This document shows, piece by piece, positions 26,104 through 39,665 of a DNA stretch of 64,000 nucleotides. Source of the stretch: Bigelowiella natans CCMP2755. Taxonomy: Eukaryota; Protista; Cercozoa. Below the pieces are notes generated by a model. That model searched no databases and had not been told where the DNA came from. It saw nothing but the letters and a program-made list of their open reading frames with translations. The DNA lies in assembly GCA_000320545.1 (NCBI GenBank), contig ADNK01001197.1, forward strand, positions 124,001 through 188,000. The letters are read 5' to 3'. Made by a program: the position numbers and the translations under genes. The stretch's first letter is position 1. Each line of letters starts with the position of its first letter.

Positions 26104-28393
26104 ACTCACAATTACTATTACTATCATCATCATCATCATCATCATCATCACCACACCCAACGAGCATAAAACTCGACCACCACCACCACCACCAACGTTT
26201 CTCACTTGAGGCTTCTAGACCCTGTTTTCTGTGTGCCCCTCCAAACTGCTGCCCTTGCCTGACGGTATTGTAACAAACATTTAGATACTATAGTGTATTC
26301 TATCTAATGTCATAAGTTCTGTTCATTTATCAACAAATCCAATAAACATTATCATCTTGCCTCTGCAAGCAAACGTTTTTCTTTCTCGAGGGCCTTCGAC
26401 GCTTTTGATTCTTCGGAGTAAAAAGATACCTGTAAAGATGAATGTCAACTTACTCAAACGCTGCAACAAGGGTAAATCTTCCTGAATTTCCCATCAGGTA
26501 CTCACTGTATGCACACGTTTAGCGAGGCTTTTCTCGGTATATATTCAATTTTCATACAGCTGTGATAATGCGGGCATAGGTAGACACGATAATAGAGCAG
26601 AAAGAAGCGCTCCAGTTCAACGATATATACTACTTGTAGTTTCTTTGTAAGCAGTAACTTCTCCATGCGACCAGAAGGATCACCTGATGAGCGGATCTGA
26701 AGCAGAAAGTAGAGGTATAGCAGACATAAAAGAGGTGAAAATAATGTTAACCTACTCGACAAGATTACACGTGAGCAAAATATGCACATGCATACCCTCA
26801 CACATAAATTTACATATCAGATTGAATCTCACAATGTGTCCAAGGACTGCTTGGGCCATCTTGTCTTTCCTTTTGAGTTCCCGCTTTACTTTGGCGATCT
26901 ACGAACAAGTTAGTAGTGCACACATAATACCGTATTATTGAGCAACATTTATTTTATTTGACCCTCCTGAGGAGTGCTTAGGGTGCTGTCCAAGGATTGT
27001 AATAATTGATAAGATGTAGACGCCAAAGAGAGATGGGGCGGGGGGGAGATTAAGAAGAGGGCATATATGTTTAAGACACCATTCAATCTGGCATCACCTT
27101 CTTTTGCATTGATGCTTTCTTCTTGAAAACGGTTCTGTATTCATTCTTCGCATTTTCAACTTCCTGATGCAACGTTTCCCTGAAAGAAAATGACATCATA
27201 TCATATTCCGAGATAAATGCCTTTCTTTCGTAGTTTCATTTTATGTGCGCTATGTTCAATATCTCACCGATCTTTCTCATCAGCGTACTTCCATTGCCGT
27301 TGCTTCCTTGCCTAATATTTTTGGCGACCACGAATATGTGCAAATGCTTGTCAGAAGATTTCTATGTTGCGAGTATAAAACATACCGTCCTCATGCGCTG
27401 AATCACTTTCGTTCTTGATGATACGATGATATTGTTTTTCTTCTTCCCAGAACCATGGAAGGTAGACTCTCCGAGTTCTTAACAATACAAATGTACGAAG
27501 GAAAGTGTTATACTTCGATGTTTCTCGATATTCAGTATTTTGGCGAATGGAATTGATACGTACTTTCCAGCCATCCCACTTCATTTTGCAGAGTCCCCTG
27601 TCTGTCCCTATTTATTTGAGATTCCATAGTGAATGCAACTGACAACGAAGCTAGGCTCTATAGCACAGATTTCAAATCATAATGGGTTCGTACCTGCGAA
27701 GATCCTTGAGAAGGGGATAAGGCGCCCTACCACCTGACATCTGAAACAGCAGACACGATGAAACGGTATTCGATTTCAAGGTTAGGGAGCAGTGGAGCGT
27801 CACTACCTTCACTGCGTTGCATTCCACCCAGAAACGGCAAAGTATTGGAAGCTGAACAGCACAGACATAGTAGTAGAAACAAGTAGTTTACAATCTCAAC
27901 ACTCTTCCTTTTTTTAAATTTTTTTCTTGAATGGGGGGGAACACACTGGAGACACTGGTAGTACCTAGTTACTATCTCATGGCGAACGCATGTAGGTTGT
28001 TGACATTCGCCTCCACGTTTCATCAACACCATGGATGCCATGGATCCTTGTTGTTGTTGTTGTTGTTGTTGTGGTTGTGTTTGTTGCTGACTATCGATGT
28101 TGTTGGCTACTTATTATTCCCCTGATGAGTCAACATATTCTGATCGTTCTCATCTCGTTCAGGATGATGATACGGAATTGTTAATGATATTACGAAAATT
28201 TTCTGATGTTTTCACGTTGAAAATGTTGATATTTTTCTCGTAGAGATATTATCTCAAAGAAACAACATCGACGACGTTTTCGGCATGTTGCAGAATGAGG
28301 AAGAGTAACGGCTGGAGGTTGGTGGTTATTGTCGTAACATCGAATATTTTCCACTTGCGACAACACTGAAATAGCAGCCTAATAATATTTCGA

Positions 28394-29460
28394 TTGCCAT
28401 TTGTCAATCAATCAATCCTTCTGCTTGATTATTACGGTGATGATGACAATGATGATAGCCTGTGGACCGCATCGACAATAATCGGAAAAAGCGTTAACTG
28501 TGACCTAGAGTGGATTCTTGTTGGCGCGGACGACGAATATCCATCTGTTATATCAATTAAATGGCATTTAGGAAGTCTGCGTGGACAACTCCGCGAGAAA
28601 CTGCTGTAGAGGATCCAACAGCTAACTCAGCCACATGTAGCAGCGATCGGAATACGGCGCCGCAACATGGAACCCGAAAAGTTAAGGACGAAATAGAGGA
28701 TGATGATGAATACAGGTTTGTGCATTACCTTTTATTTACATAATTTCGTACTTGTTGAAAAATTTACCATCATTGGTCATTAGTGATGACGACGACAGCA
28801 TAGAAAGATGGAGGGCGAAACGTGCTTTGCTGGAGGACAAGATAGTAAAAGTACAACATGCGGAAATTAATCCAAGGGTATTCCTGAAGGAAATGGTCGA
28901 TAAGGCAAAAGTAAAAAAGGCGTGGTCAAGTGCATCTTGTCTACCAAATGACGTGAAGAATGCTTCAGTCTACGTTGATCAAATGCTGTCACACGCAAAT
29001 GACATGAAGGTAAAAAAGTGTTACCAAATCTCAAGTTTTGTAACATAGTATGGTGTTATTAGAAAATAAACAAGAAACTGAGGAATTTTAAAACACCCAA
29101 GGTACGACAGGAATATTTCGATAAGAGAAAGACTAACTTTTGAATTGGTTTCAGTACACGTTCAATAGAACCCGAGGGGTCAGCAAGGTTTGCAACTGTA
29201 ACTATTCTGTGAGGCTACATTTAATTCTGTCAATACATTAGATCTGCAATGCTATTCGCAGTACACCGGAACCGAACTTAATCGACGTGCTTCCTAAAGA
29301 AACACAAAAAGTTGAATTTCTCAGTAACATACAATAATCTTGCAAGCTAATCTGTCACACATCCCTAATTACTAGGTGCTTCGAATGGCATTGTCTCCAG
29401 AAATGCGGAAGCTAATGGATGAACAGCAAGCTAAGAAGAAAGTAGTAAGAAAGAAAGCTA
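28394..29460 (+). CDS. Hypothetical multi-exon protein
   Basis: Successive charged ORF pieces (28561-28713, 28780-29009) are separated by GT-AG intron-like segments. No family was recognised. Confidence 0.3.
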
Positions 29461-29503
29461 GCCGTGCAAAGGTTAGGTCATCCCCACCGTATACATATGT
29501 ATA

Positions 29504-29547
<44 letters not shown>

Positions 29548-29859
29548 TATAGCATGCGTTTTCAACAATGCAAATGCTACAATTCGTTCCTACACAACAA
29601 TGACCATGACAATGATGCTAAATTAGAAGCTACCTCCGTCGACATTTGGCACTCGAAACCTCATTGGACGGCGTGGCATCAGAAGGTGATGCATACTCAT
29701 GCATTCTAGTATCCTCCATTCATCGGATTGCATGTTGGACCCTTGTCAGTGCCGCGATCATCATGCATGAAGTTCCATGCGACAACAGTAGTCATGTGCA
29801 TGCAAGGAAGGACTTTGAATCTAACAGTGTACATCTTCACGTACAATGCATGGCCTCCG

Positions 29860-30300
29860 GCATGATTAAATCTTTCAAATGGTCATGACTAGCTAATGCA
29901 TGTACGTAGCCATGCATGCGTGTCCATCTCGATCAAAATCGATCTAGATGCATCTAGACATGTGCATGATGAGCTAGACAGATCGATTTAATGACATGCT
30001 AGCATATGATTAAATCTTTCGTCAATTTGTCATTCTAGTAGCTTGCTAGCTACTTGCATGTGTAGCCACATGCATGCGTGTCCATCTTGAGATCTAGATT
30101 TGACTTATTAGATGTGTGTGCACGCACGTGTGAGACAGATCGATGCATTGATTGCGATGCATCATGCATCAATTCTTTTGAATGGTCATTGTTCTAGCTG
30201 CAATAATGCACATGTAGCTGTGTGCGCATGGCAGCATGCGTGTGTCAATCTCGATCAATGCAAGATGCACGACTAGCTAGCTAGACATCGACTGACTACA
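29860..30300. repeat. Degenerate tandem repeat of about 145-165 bp (3 copies) inside a CATG/CTAG-rich island (29640-30600)
   Basis: atgattaaatctttc...gtcat...catgcatgcgtgtccatct...gatctaga...agacagatcgat recurs at about 29862, 30006 and (more diverged) 30163. Confidence 0.7.
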
Positions 30301-30625
30301 CAACGTGTGGAGTGCATCTGCTGTGCGTCACCTCACTAGCCTATAGCTAGCTAGATCATGAAGTTCCTTGCTATATAGCTTGTACCGTGTGAGAGTATAT
30401 AGGTTGATCAGGAGGTGTTGCTTTAGAATTCTAGAATTGCTCTGCGCGAAAAGCACTAGCAGACAAGCAGGTTATTAGTTTACGGACCATATTCATAGAT
30501 CTTCATTATTAATTTTGCTGGTTACAGTTACCAGTGCAACATGTAAGCGCAGTGCGCGATTCACTGTATGTACTGTAGTGCATGCGGATGAATGTCATTA
30601 TATCATGTAAAGCGGCGTGCATGGG

Positions 30626-30673
<48 letters not shown>

Positions 30674-30792
30674 ACAAGAAATATGTAGAGTAGCTTAGTT
30701 TCAATATTTGTGCACACGTGTGCCTCCCGGCTTTGTCTTGAAAACCAATGTAATGGATTTTCTCACCAATAACATTTTACCATGAGATTAAA

Positions 30793-31940
30793 TTAAACAG
30801 TTGACATTTCCATCGGACTATTTCTTTCATTCATTCCGTTTGTGTTCAACTCGGACTTCTTCACTAACTGCACTGTATTTTTTCCTTCAGTGTCACGTGT
30901 AATTTTCACACTAGAGACTGCCCCATTTTGCCCTATGGCCTGAGTTATGTTAGGCTGCGATGTTTTCCTAGCTATTTGCAATTTCTTAGAAGCTGAACTA
31001 TCCAGCAATGAAGATTCAACAGTCACTCTATCGCCATCATTGTTCTGATCATTTTCTGGTGACTCAATCTTTTCCTTCTCTTGTAGCCTTTCCTGCTGAG
31101 CAACGTAGTTGGCCAACACTCTTTTCTTTAGAGGCAGTCTCTGCTCCAACAAATGTTCAAAGCCGGGCATATTTTTCGACAGCTGATCTTTTCTATACAG
31201 TCTCATTAACCACGCCTTTCTCCCCAGATACATCGGAGACAATGCTACTAATTTTCCCACGGGGACAGCTTCGTGCGCCTCCTCTGTTATGGTTCTAGTC
31301 CCGGTTTTCCTTTTCCCCACTCGCCTTGGCCTCCCCCGTTTCTTTTTATCACTCCCTATATCTTTCTTGTTATCAACACGCCTCTCTCTACGATCTGATT
31401 GAGACGATGACTTTCTCCGGGAGGACTTATCCTCCATTTTTCGAAATGACTCGAGTATACGTTCGAGCTTTTTTTGCTCACGCGATGATCGAGAAGAGCT
31501 CGCATCGAAGGTTTCCTTTGTAGACCGTGGTGTCTTCGGACGCTTCCCTGCGGTACGATGTCTTTTTTTACTTTTTCCCAAGCTTGAACTTGACCTATCT
31601 TTATCTGACCCAGTCCTCGCGCGTCGTTGCTACGTATTTATTACATTGTATACGATCATAATATGTCATGTGACGTGCAAATCTGTTTGTTTCTTACCCC
31701 TTTCATGATCCGAATTTGGCGAGCCTGTGTGACTTCGGACCGTCGCCTTCTGGCTTCTTGATGGATCTTATGTTGAGGTTTACATTGCTCACAAAAATAA
31801 TTTTTGGGCACTTTGCTCTCGTCAAATATTCCGACACAGTTTCCGTGCTGCCATACAAGACATCTGTCACACTGAATCATGAGGCCTTCGTCATCTTGAT
31901 TCTGGCCACAGGGACACTTTGTAATCCAGCCCGAAGACAT
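30793..31940 (-). CDS. PHD-finger protein (SET3/BYE1-type PHD followed by a basic low-complexity region)
   Basis: Exon 31698-31940: TKCPCGQNQDDEGLMIQCDRCLVWQHGNCVG...YFCEQCKP (C4HC3). A 68-nt GT-AG intron (31630-31697) joins in frame to exon 30793-31629. Confidence 0.9.
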
Positions 31941-32202
31941 TGAACGTTTGTTTACAGTTGAGAATTCAAGGCTTCTGGCACTTTGCTAGGATGTAGAATG
32001 GCTGGTAAGTGAGTGATGTCCTACGGGTTCAATCCTTCACGATATACGGTCTACTTGAAGTAAGTTGGCATCGTATGGATAAGAAGTGAAAACTCTCTGA
32101 TTTTTGGTGGATGATCCAATCGGCGAGCCACGCTAGTTAGTTAATATTTTTCATTAACGGACGCGCGCTTTCACTCTGCCCTCCGTTCTGTTGTATCATA
32201 CT

Positions 32203-32204
<2 letters not shown>

Positions 32205-32267
<63 letters not shown>

Positions 32268-32348
32268 TCTCTCTTACTCTATCTTTCTCTCTCTTTCTCT
32301 CTCTCTCTTACTCTCTCTTACTCTATCTTTCTCTCTCTTTCTCTCTCT
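32205..32348. repeat. (CT)n microsatellite
   Basis: Long, partly interrupted CT run. It is one of many SSRs in the window, e.g. (TA)n at 13505, 22940, 29505, 46270, 52015 and (AG)n at 11600, 17220, 30630. Confidence 0.95.
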
Positions 32349-33959
32349 ACAAGTGTGTTATTGTGAGGGGAAGCATTTCATCTTAACATTAAGTTTTGCT
32401 TTCAATTTGGTCATTTCTTTTTTTCTGAAAACTACATCTTCTGCATTCTAAATCTACCTTTTTAGATTGTTTTTCAGAATTTAACCAATTTAGTATGAAT
32501 ATGATTGAAATCTTATTTAGACTCATTTTCTCCGAAGGTCACTTTGACAAATTTGCCCACATTACTTAGTGAGCGACTTGGCCAAAGCGACAAATTATTG
32601 TTAGGTTTTGTCCGCTCCGTAATTATAATCGTCCGGGCAACAAATGAAAATGACACGGTGGGTGCAATCACCTATCAATGTACTGCTGTCTCCTCTCTTC
32701 TATGATGACTCCACACAACCCAGCTCGCTTCGAGTTTAACGATGAAGAAAGATGTGTTCTCACGTTATTTTGTCTGAAAAAATCCACGTGTAAACGTCTT
32801 ATCATCTAGATTGGATACCGTAGTCCTCACGAATGCTTTTTTTGTTTTGTTTTTGAAGGTGCTAGCGCATAGCATGCTCCGTTCTCTCCAATATAATAAT
32901 GTTAGTTTCTATTTGTAGAAATGCCACATTAAGTCAGTGACTCGGTTTGCCCATTGCCGAATCACGTTACAAATGTGGGATAACAAATTTGAGATCTAGG
33001 CGCTTGTTATAAGCGTTGTAGTACCTCATTCGCTTCCGAGAGTTGTGCATGGGATTTGTTTCCTCTCAGAGAAAACACAGTTGTGCCTTTGTACTTAGTT
33101 CAGGAGCACACAAATTTTGACAGTAGTGTAGAGGTTTGAACGTTTGCTGTGGAGACGGTCAAGCAGAGGTGTCGCCCACACCTCTGCTTAACATTACATT
33201 ATTTCACAGCTAGAAAAATAACGGGAGGAGAATTGTTTCGGGCATGTTACCCGTTTGCAGTGCATCATCCCTGACATATTAACAAGAAACAATTGGGCAC
33301 TAAATAGGATCTAAGATGTGGATGATTTGTATACATTCAGGAAGTAAGGATGAAAATTAAACTCTAGGAATGAAGATTCTACTCATGCTCCAACACCATG
33401 GACAATACGAGTACATAGCATGTACATCGTATATATCATCAATACACACTTAGTCATAAACCATGGAATTGTGAGGCGCACATGCTGTCTGTGGAGATGA
33501 AATCCAGTTACAATGTGAAGCGCAATTGCACATTCTATGTCTGATAGCAACAGAGCATCCTATCATCATTCTCTCTCTACTAGCTGGCACACGTGGTGTG
33601 ACAGGCTAGCAGGATTGAAATTTCATTGAACTGCACGCATACGAATGACAAGCTGCTAGCAAGGCCTACTATACTAGTATACGATATTAGGTTATATAAG
33701 GTTGCTAGCTAGCTAGACTAGCCTAGTCTAGTAGTACTAGCCACGTGCCTTCGATCTTGCCATAGAGTAGCCTAGCAAGAAGGCATGTGCTAGCTAGCAC
33801 GCAGTAGAGCACTAGAGCATCACACAATGTGTCCAACGCTGCATGACGACTGACCACGCTACTATGCGATGCATGTGTAGCACATGTAAGCACACATCTC
33901 AAACGGCCTAGTGACCGCTACGCTAGCTTCTTCTTCTCGCGCACATGCGCAACGCGAAG

Positions 33960-36900
33960 ACCTACGCTACGCGCAGCAAAACTAAGCTTTCAAACGATGA
34001 CGAAAACCCCACAGAAGTGACAACAAAGGAAGGAAACGCATGTTCAATTTGTGACTTCGATTCAAGCCTTCAAGATGAAGACACCATTGACAAAGGTGAG
34101 GACAGGAAGGACTTTGACTTCTCGCTCAATGCATCCGCAAAGCACTCGCAAATGCCACATCTGACATGAAGAACCAAAGTCGGGAAAAAGGAGCAAACAT
34201 GGAAAAATTCAACAGAATTCTCTCCACTGTTTTGGAAAAAATCATGGATGACCAAAAAATGATCATCGCGGAAAACGTGTTGCTGAAATCCAGACTGACC
34301 AAGGTTGAACAAGAGCTAACAACGCTCAAAAGGAACCAAGTCCCCCGAGGTTTGCGGCAACCAGACACCCCATCCCCGCAACAAGACGAAAAGTCCCACG
34401 CAACAATTGTTAGACGCTGCAACGATGAAACGGCAAAGTCCATGCAAGGACCCTCAACACCCCCAAGGCAGACAAGAAGGGAAACCTCACAAGGACAATG
34501 GCAGACCCCCAAGAAACAGATGAGAAAGAAAAACAAACACAACCGGAAATGCAAACAGAACGTGGTCATCTTGGAACTTGATGCGAACATGATGATCTCA
34601 GAGGGGTCCGCAGAACGCCAAGCCGCTGCACCAAGCAACCCGTGCACCGAGAAAAAATTGGCAACGTCAACCCCCGATGAAAAGGCAAAACCAACAACAA
34701 GAGATGTGGACAGACAAATTGATTTGAATGCACCAATGAACTCCGAGGAAGATGAGGAAAAAAAGGACACTGCTGAAACCCCACCTGAACCGATCTAGCG
34801 ATGGAGCCGGCAGAAACTGCACCAACAGACAAAACGTTCCCAAGTGTTGGGAAATCAAACTCAGAAACAACACCCGACATCATTGGAAAACTGGGCCTTG
34901 CTGAGTTCGCTGTGCACAAAGTTTTCGTGAAGAAACACGGAAACGTGTTCCAGGGCATCCAACACAAAACTGGGAAAAGAAACCATTCAAAAACACTTTT
35001 CAGGGGAAGCAAAGATCCCAACATGGATGCTCACATCGGAGACCTGCAAGCCGAGCACAAGAAGCTTTCAGCATCATTTTTCCCTTCTCTGTTTGGATTC
35101 GCAAGAACCATCCGCCCAGCCATGTCAAGACCAACCAACCATTCGGTGGTGATGAAAGGACCACGATTGGGACCTGATGAACAGAGCAAGGCAGTGCGCA
35201 ATTCAATGATCAAGCAGATTGTTGAAACAAGCACTGCAGACGTGAAAATCGAAGCAGCAGAACACACGGGGAAGGGCCCACTGGTGCAATTGTTCGCAAA
35301 TTCCCGGGATGAAGTCGACAAACTGCTGAACACTGAAATCACTCACCAAGGCAGATGGCTGCGGATCAGGGCACACGAGAACAGAAGAAGACCAAAGCGT
35401 GTTCAAAGCCTCACCACTCTGCTTCCAAAACACACGGAGCAAAAACGGGACGGACAAACAAGGGAGACAAAGAATCAATGGAAGACGTGACATGCTCAAA
35501 GAAACAATGACTGCAAACAACACGGAGCTTGCTTGGTTTGCAGAGGGTGGATTGAAAAGTGCTGAAAAATTGCATCCGCCACCTGGATGCGAGATCACAC
35601 GTGCCAATGGCCCTTCTGGGAGCTTCAGCCTGCGCCAGAAAAACACAGACATTGCACACATGACTGCAGACAATGACAAGTGTGACACGAGCTTCTTTGC
35701 ACATCGTGCAGAAAAGTGTGCAATGACGATGGTGCACTCACAACCTTGCGATGTGTGCCATCTTGAGGAAAGGCTTGACTTCATCACGGACACTGTGAAG
35801 AAACAAAAGTGGAAACATCACATCACGGTGGGCGACACCAATGCCAAGCACTCTGCCTTTGATGTCCGTCACCAAGAAGACAGGCGGGGCAAACTTTTGC
35901 ACCAATGGCTTGCAGACAATGATGTCATGATGCTCAACCCTGGTGAAGTGACCCATTTTCGAAAGGGACATGCGAGCACGATCGATCACGTCCTGTGTTC
36001 ATCAAACATGGTGCAAGAAATCGAATGTCAAACGACCACCACTGCAACAAGCGACCACTTCGGCATGCACTTTGGCAAACCTGTGCCCAACCAAATCGAA
36101 ACCAAGTCAATGATTTGCGACATTGACAAACTCAATGTGGACCTGTTTGACGAACACCTGGACTCGATCACAGCCCCTTCAAGACAACGAATGCTTCGCG
36201 TTGCATCTGAGGCGGATTCAAAGAACCTTGAATGATGGTTCTGGAATTCAGTTCAACAAGCACGCAGAATCAGCACGCCAAAAAAAGAGCAACGATGGAG
36301 CCCCATTGAACCACACGAAAACCAACCAGCATGCAAAAAAATCAAACTGCAACAAGTTGAACTCTTCAGATCTCTCAGACACGAGAGGAAGTGCAGCAAG
36401 AGGAAAAAATTGGAAGAAAAAATCAAAGAAATCAACTTCGAACTTGAATCCATCACAGAAACACTCAGACACGAAGCATGGCAAAAATTCCTTGCTCGCT
36501 TCGAAAAATGCAACAACGGAAACCACACCAGACTGTTGTGCAAACTGTTCCAAAAATCAAGAGGAAAAACCAAACATCGCACCCTCGACGGCGAGACTTC
36601 AGAAACGAAAAAATGCCACGTGTGTGTCAGGAGGTGGAAGGACGTGCACAAACCTCACCCTGCAGATGCAAAAAACAGAACGTTTCACCAAGAAACAGAA
36701 CAATGGAGACACACCTTCCGAAATTCGGAAAACAAACATGGCACCTTGCCTTGCAACAGGAAATTCACCCCAGAGGAAATCCAGAGAACATTGCACACCA
36801 CGTCACCATGCAAATCCCCAGGTGACGATGGCATCCATCCAAGTGTGTTGAAGAAAAGCAACAAGTTGCATCAACTCTGGGCTCTTGTTTTCAACACATC

Positions 36901-38895
36901 GTTTCAATGGGGTGCCCGTCACAAGTCACGAAAAGCGGCCGTCTTCTGCTTGATCCCCAAACCCGGGAAAGAATCAAACACTCCCCTCAACGGCAGAACA
37001 ATTTCACTTCTCCAAATTGCTTCGAAAGTCGAAGACAAATTGGTTGAACTGCGATCACGTGAAGCCATCCCACCAGAGACTTGCAGAGAAGCTGAGCAAA
37101 TGCCAATGCGCCTTCAGAAGAACAGGTCATGCGAGACAGCACTGACCAGAATGACTCAGCGGATCGAAGACGGCACACTTGATGGAAAACTGGTCGGCAT
37201 CGTGCTGTTCACTGACGCATCAAAAGCTTGCCCTGAAGCCTGGCATTCAGGAATGGTGCGGAAACTGAGTGAAAAATGCGGTGCAAGGGGATCCCTGCTT
37301 CTGTGGATCGATGATTGGTTGAGGGAGCGCACTGCCAGATTTGAACTTGGCAGGACGCCATCACAACACGTGCAACCACAAAGCGGCGTGCCTGAAGGAT
37401 CCTCCCTCAGCTGCTGCTTGTTCATCACCCACTGCGACACATGCGAGCACATCAAGTTTGCTGATCACCAGATGCATTGCGACGATGTCACCCCACACAA
37501 ACTGTTTGCGCCTTCCCGCTGGGGGGAAATGCAAACCAGGCTGCAAAAAGATTTGACAAACACGACAACCTGGTGCATGAAGTGGCGAATGAGATTCAAT
37601 GGGGACAAAAGTGGACACCTGCTCATGGACAGCTAGACAGGAGGAAGGATGCACAAAAAAAACAAGCCTCATGGAACACGACACTCAACCTGCAAGGCAA
37701 AGTGAAAAGAAAAGAATGTGGCAAGTGTTTGGGACTGTGGTTTGACGAAAGATCAACTTTCGAAAAACACGCCCTTGCTGCACACGTGAAGCTGCAGAAA
37801 AAGAGAAGATTCTCACTCAGGCTGTGTTCCACACGATCTCACATGCCATTCAATGTGAGATTGAAGTTTTGCAACACATGGTTCACAGCCACGAGCAGAC
37901 ACGTTGCGCCCACATGGAGGTCCAAGAAAAACCTCAAAACAAAGCAGCTGGATTCCATGGAATCCCAAACACTCAAAAGAGTTCTGGGATCACCAGGATC
38001 CATGTCCAACGACACACCCCATGTGTCAGCGGCAACATTGCCACCACGTTGTCGCACACAGGTTCAATGCACCAAGACGTGGTTGCGAACCAATGTGTGG
38101 GTGGAGGATGCTGCTGGCAACGGACGTGTGGTGGAAGAAGAAGTGCTCAATTGGAGCTCTTTCGGATGCCACATCGAATCCTCACTGGAACACAAATGGC
38201 ACAATGCAACTAGGTCGTGGAACAGAGTGTCCTTGCACCGCCGACTCAGTTTGATTGCGACCAAATTGCTTGGAGCGGAACACCCCACAACACGTGCCAC
38301 TGAGGAGACACTGAAAAGGAAACTGAAAGCACACAACAAAACAATCATGCGGAACGCCGAATCCAACTTCAAAACTGATTGGAACAAAGAGGGAACCAAG
38401 GCCATGCATTTGAAAAAACTTGACTTCATGCCTGGCTCTCGGACAACAGGAATCACATTGAAGCTGCCAAGCATTGCCACATCATGGATGCGCGCCATCT
38501 GTGGTGTTGGCAATCTTGGTGCATTCGTGCTGTCCAGAGGACAACGCACAAAACTGGAAGCAACGTGCGATGTGTGCAACTCATTGCAAGACATGGACCA
38601 CATTCTGCAGCTGCAGGAAATGCGGACCACAGCGACTCAGAATCAACAAACAACTGACAGCGATCATGGATCGCAATGACGATCGAGACCACGCGTCTCA
38701 CAACCGCAGAGAAAACAAGTCGAGAAGCTGCGCGCAAAGCGCGCCATGCTGGACCAAAACAGGATGCATTTTCATGCATGCGCCATGTGACCAAGGAAAC
38801 AAACAGATGCAATTTGAGCGCTGCAGCCGCTGCATTGCACAGCTGCATTGGGATGACCATTGAAACAATTTGAACATTTCATTGCATCCGTCTCA
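33960..38895 (+). mobile_element. Decayed non-LTR retrotransposon (LINE): ORF1-like region, APE endonuclease, reverse transcriptase, C-terminal CCHC-type knuckle; TpA-hypermutated
   Basis: Endonuclease: QRING, VGDTNAKH, RGKLL, THFRKG..STIDHVL, SDH (35460-36070). RT: SPGDDGI, LIPKPGK, RTISLL, RSCETAL, FTDASKA...WH, GVPEGSSLS, HCDD (for YADD), QKDL...W...W..RFNGDKS, KCLGLWFD (for KYLG). C-terminus: CDVCNSLQDMDHIL. There is a premature TGA at 36233 and there are frameshifts. Confidence 0.95.
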
Positions 38896-39020
38896 TGCAT
38901 GAGCACGATGCATTGTAGCCACACAGACGGTGCAGCGAATCCATGAATGTCAATGCGAATGACAACACGTGCATCATCATGTGCATGCGCATGACAGACA
39001 CAGCAACAGCACACACATTG

Positions 39021-39660
39021 TGAGACGGATGCAATGAACAATTGAATTTTTTCAATGGTCATCCTGATGCAGCTGTGCAATGCAGCGGCCACAGCGCCAA
39101 TGTTGTGTCTGTTGGTTTCTGCCACCACGTGCTTCATGCATTTGAAAGCGTCCTCAAGTGTCCGATGTTGTCGCGCGCTGCGCGCAACAGTTCTTGAATC
39201 CTTTTCAGCCTTTGTCAACCGGTCACGTTTGTCTCGTCGTTGCGATTCATGATTGCGCTCAATTGATTGCGCAATCTGATTTGTTGTCGACCATGTGTTG
39301 GAGCTTGCAGGAGATGATCCATGTCCTTCAGGATGCCACATGCATCGCATGCACGTGGCATCTGTCTCTGTGCATTGTCCACGAGAAAACATGAATTTTC
39401 CAAGATTGCCGACACCACAGATGGCGCGCATCCATGGCATGATGTAGCGACACTTGGAAGTTTTGGTTTGATGCCGGTGATCGAAGATGACGGAAGGAAT
39501 CCAAGATTCTTGAGATGCACAGCTCTCAGTGAATCATTGGACCATTCCTCCTCGAATTCGGCAAAAGCACAAGATTTCATCACTTTGTGATGTTTTTTTA
39601 AATCTTTTTTCAGCGCCTCTGTTGTCGTCAAAACAGTGGGAAGTTCGTCACCTGACAAGT
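39021..39660 (-). mobile_element. Second, diverged copy of the LINE 3' end, in inverted (tail-to-tail) orientation
   Basis: Minus-strand translation EALKKDLKKHHK...HLKNLGFLPSSSITGIKPKLPS and WMRAICGVGNLG...ETNRHNIGAVAAALHSC aligns to ETLKRKLKAHNK...HLKKLDFMPGSRTTGITLKLPS...WMRAICGVGNLG...ETNRCNLSAAAAALHSC of the plus copy (about 38290-38895). Confidence 0.92.
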
Positions 39661-39665
39661 CGTCG

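Noticed and set aside
32505-33500. Short plus-strand ORF(s) upstream of the LINE
   Set aside because: No recognisable motif or consistent exon chain.
36410-37636. Alternative genetic code or a novel Tyr-free active reverse transcriptase
   Set aside because: Neighbouring host genes use TAT/TAC and TAA/TAG normally, and the element has stops and frameshifts, so mutation explains it better than recoding.
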